Position numbers and translations under genes: made by a program
Part shown: positions 62,393 to 64,000 of the stretch, one piece after another
Numbering within the stretch: position 1 is the first letter of the stretch
How the letters are laid out: each line of letters opens with the position of its first letter
Assembly: GCF_006345805.1 (NCBI RefSeq)
Contig: NC_043004.1
Location: forward strand, 39,618,001-39,682,000
Reading direction: 5' to 3'
DNA from: Octopus sinensis
Taxonomy: Eukaryota
Length of the DNA stretch: 64,000 nt
The notes under the pieces: generated by a model
The model's input: only the letters and a program-made list of their open reading frames with translations
Databases searched by the model: none
What the model was told of the DNA's origin: nothing

Positions 62393-63689
62393 CGCAAATC
62401 AACGCCAGAACAAAGCTGTTACGTGATAGTATTTTATAGAACTAAGTTAATTAAACTCGAATGGAATGGTAAAGTGAGGAAGTCGGAATTCTGCGATGTC
62501 TAATATTCGAGGGAAGAAATGCTGCCTGAGACTGGAGCAGACTTAGGGTGAAGAAGCGTTGTGATGTGTAAAGGTCTGTGATTCGTTTGTTCCAAGTACT
62601 TGATTCCGTCCTGTGTGATGCTGTGTGTGTATGTATGTGTGTGTTTTCTGGCCGTTGCTATTTAGCCTCCGGTCTGGTCTGATCAAGCAAACCGCTTATC
62701 AAAAGGGATCCGGCCTTGACAATATCACTTTTAAGGGACTGTTGAAACTTTGTTCGTCTCTTTCTTTTTAATATAGAATACTATATTAGGGAAATTAGAC
62801 TACTGCTTTTCCTATTTCGAGTGATTATTATTAAGAAAAGCTGTCTCTATGCAAGAACAGGGCATATCTCAAAAGGGGCTCTGTACTCCCAGTTGTTTAT
62901 AGGTGCCATCTGTTCTTAATCTCACCGATTTAAGAGGTGGGGATCCTGTATAATTTACGTACCTTTCGCGGGTTTACGATCGCTTTCTTTTGTCCAGTGT
63001 GCCCTGAGAGCAGTAGTGATCGCGGATAAGAAATGCATCTTTACAAAGATAAAACACTGTAAATTTTCACATAAAACTGGTTGCTTATTCTTTTGGATAT
63101 TATTTATTTTTGCTATGTGTTATATTGAAGGAGGGACAGAACCCGTGACATTTGCAGGCCGCCTGAAAATTATGGGTGATATGTGATAATGAAAATTGAA
63201 GCGTTCTGTTCAGGGCTGGACTGAAATACTTTTAGTACTTTTTAAATCACAATCTAAGTGCGCAGAAGCTTTAGGGTAATGACTTCAAATCCGTTGCCCC
63301 ACCCCACCTCCGCCATGAATTTTCAAATTGAGAATTCTGGAAGTAACTGAGCTAACAATGCTTCATTCTTTAGGCACAAAACCCAAAATTTTGGTGGCTC
63401 TCGATTGCAGCAACCCCAGTGCTCAAGTGATACTTATTTTATTCCCCGAAAGGACGAAAGGCAAAGTCGACCTCGGCAGTGCATCTGAATTGAGAAGGTA
63501 AAGTGCAGAAGGAAATACCACTAAGCATTCTGTCTGGCGCGGTAACAATTCTGCCAGCCCACCACTTAGACCAAGCTTACTATAGTAAATGCTTAATATA
63601 CACAAGGAATTTTCAGGCAGTGTCTCTTCCTCCAACTCAAAGAACAGATTAAAGATTTTGTTCCTAATCCTCTTCCATTAACAAGGCTT

Positions 63690-63834
63690 TTCTCATCGGA
63701 AACTTGCTTACCAACCTCATAGTTCTGCTTTCAGTACCATTGCGTGATGCTTTGGACAAGCGTCTTCTACTATAGTCTCGGGCCAGCCAAAGCCTTGTGA
63801 GTGGATCTAGTAGATGAAACCAGAAAGAAGCCAG

Positions 63835-63871
<37 letters not shown>

Positions 63872-64000
63872 ACCTACCATAATTTGGTAACCGGTGCTGG
63901 TGTGTTTATATCCCCGAAACTTAGCAATTCGTCAAAAGGTAACGATAGAATAAATACCAGATACAAAAAAAAAAAAACTCCTGGGTCGATTCATTCGACT
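63690..64000 (+). mobile_element. Degenerate family A SINE running off the window end
   Basis: CTTGCTTACCAACC..CTTCTACTATAG..GCCTTGTGAGTGGAT..GATAGAATAAATACC. Confidence 0.75.

Noticed and set aside
104-63873. Most ORFs in the supplied track (YI-, CV-, HT-, LS- and poly-M/I/H/V-rich)
   Set aside because: They are translations of TA, TG, CA, CT and trinucleotide microsatellites or of SINE bodies, with no domain signal.

Overview
AT-rich eukaryotic non-coding DNA packed with microsatellites, three to four tRNA-derived SINE families, MITEs and decayed LINE and DNA-transposon fragments. The repeat repertoire looks like an octopus (coleoid cephalopod) genome; this is inferred from the repeat families, not proven. 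I found no intact multi-exon protein-coding gene, and nearly all ORFs in the supplied track are microsatellite artefacts. Recognisable protein remnants: a disabled histone H2A copy (51081-51444, -), mariner/Tc1/maT transposases (one Tc1 with a GT-AG intron), RTE and CR1/L2-type LINE ends, restriction-like-endonuclease (RLE) retrotransposon ends beside (TAA)n and (CATA)n tracts, and a duplicated two-finger C2H2 cassette. The strongest unexplained signal is hammerhead ribozyme (HHR) motifs in several unrelated contexts. (i) A ~475-bp tandem array (24329-26498) carries five minimal type I HHR-like motifs, one per repeat, which is retrozyme-like; their core is a variant (CUGUUGA). (ii) A canonical type I HHR lies at 3966-4010. 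(iii) An HHR sits in the loop of a 385-bp foldback element (44515-44899). (iv) A degenerate HHR lies at 59595-59649. A consensus recursive splice site (polypyrimidine-CAG|GTAAGT at 20265/20266) suggests the window lies inside a giant intron of a + strand gene. All folds and translations were done by eye; boundaries of degenerate elements are approximate.
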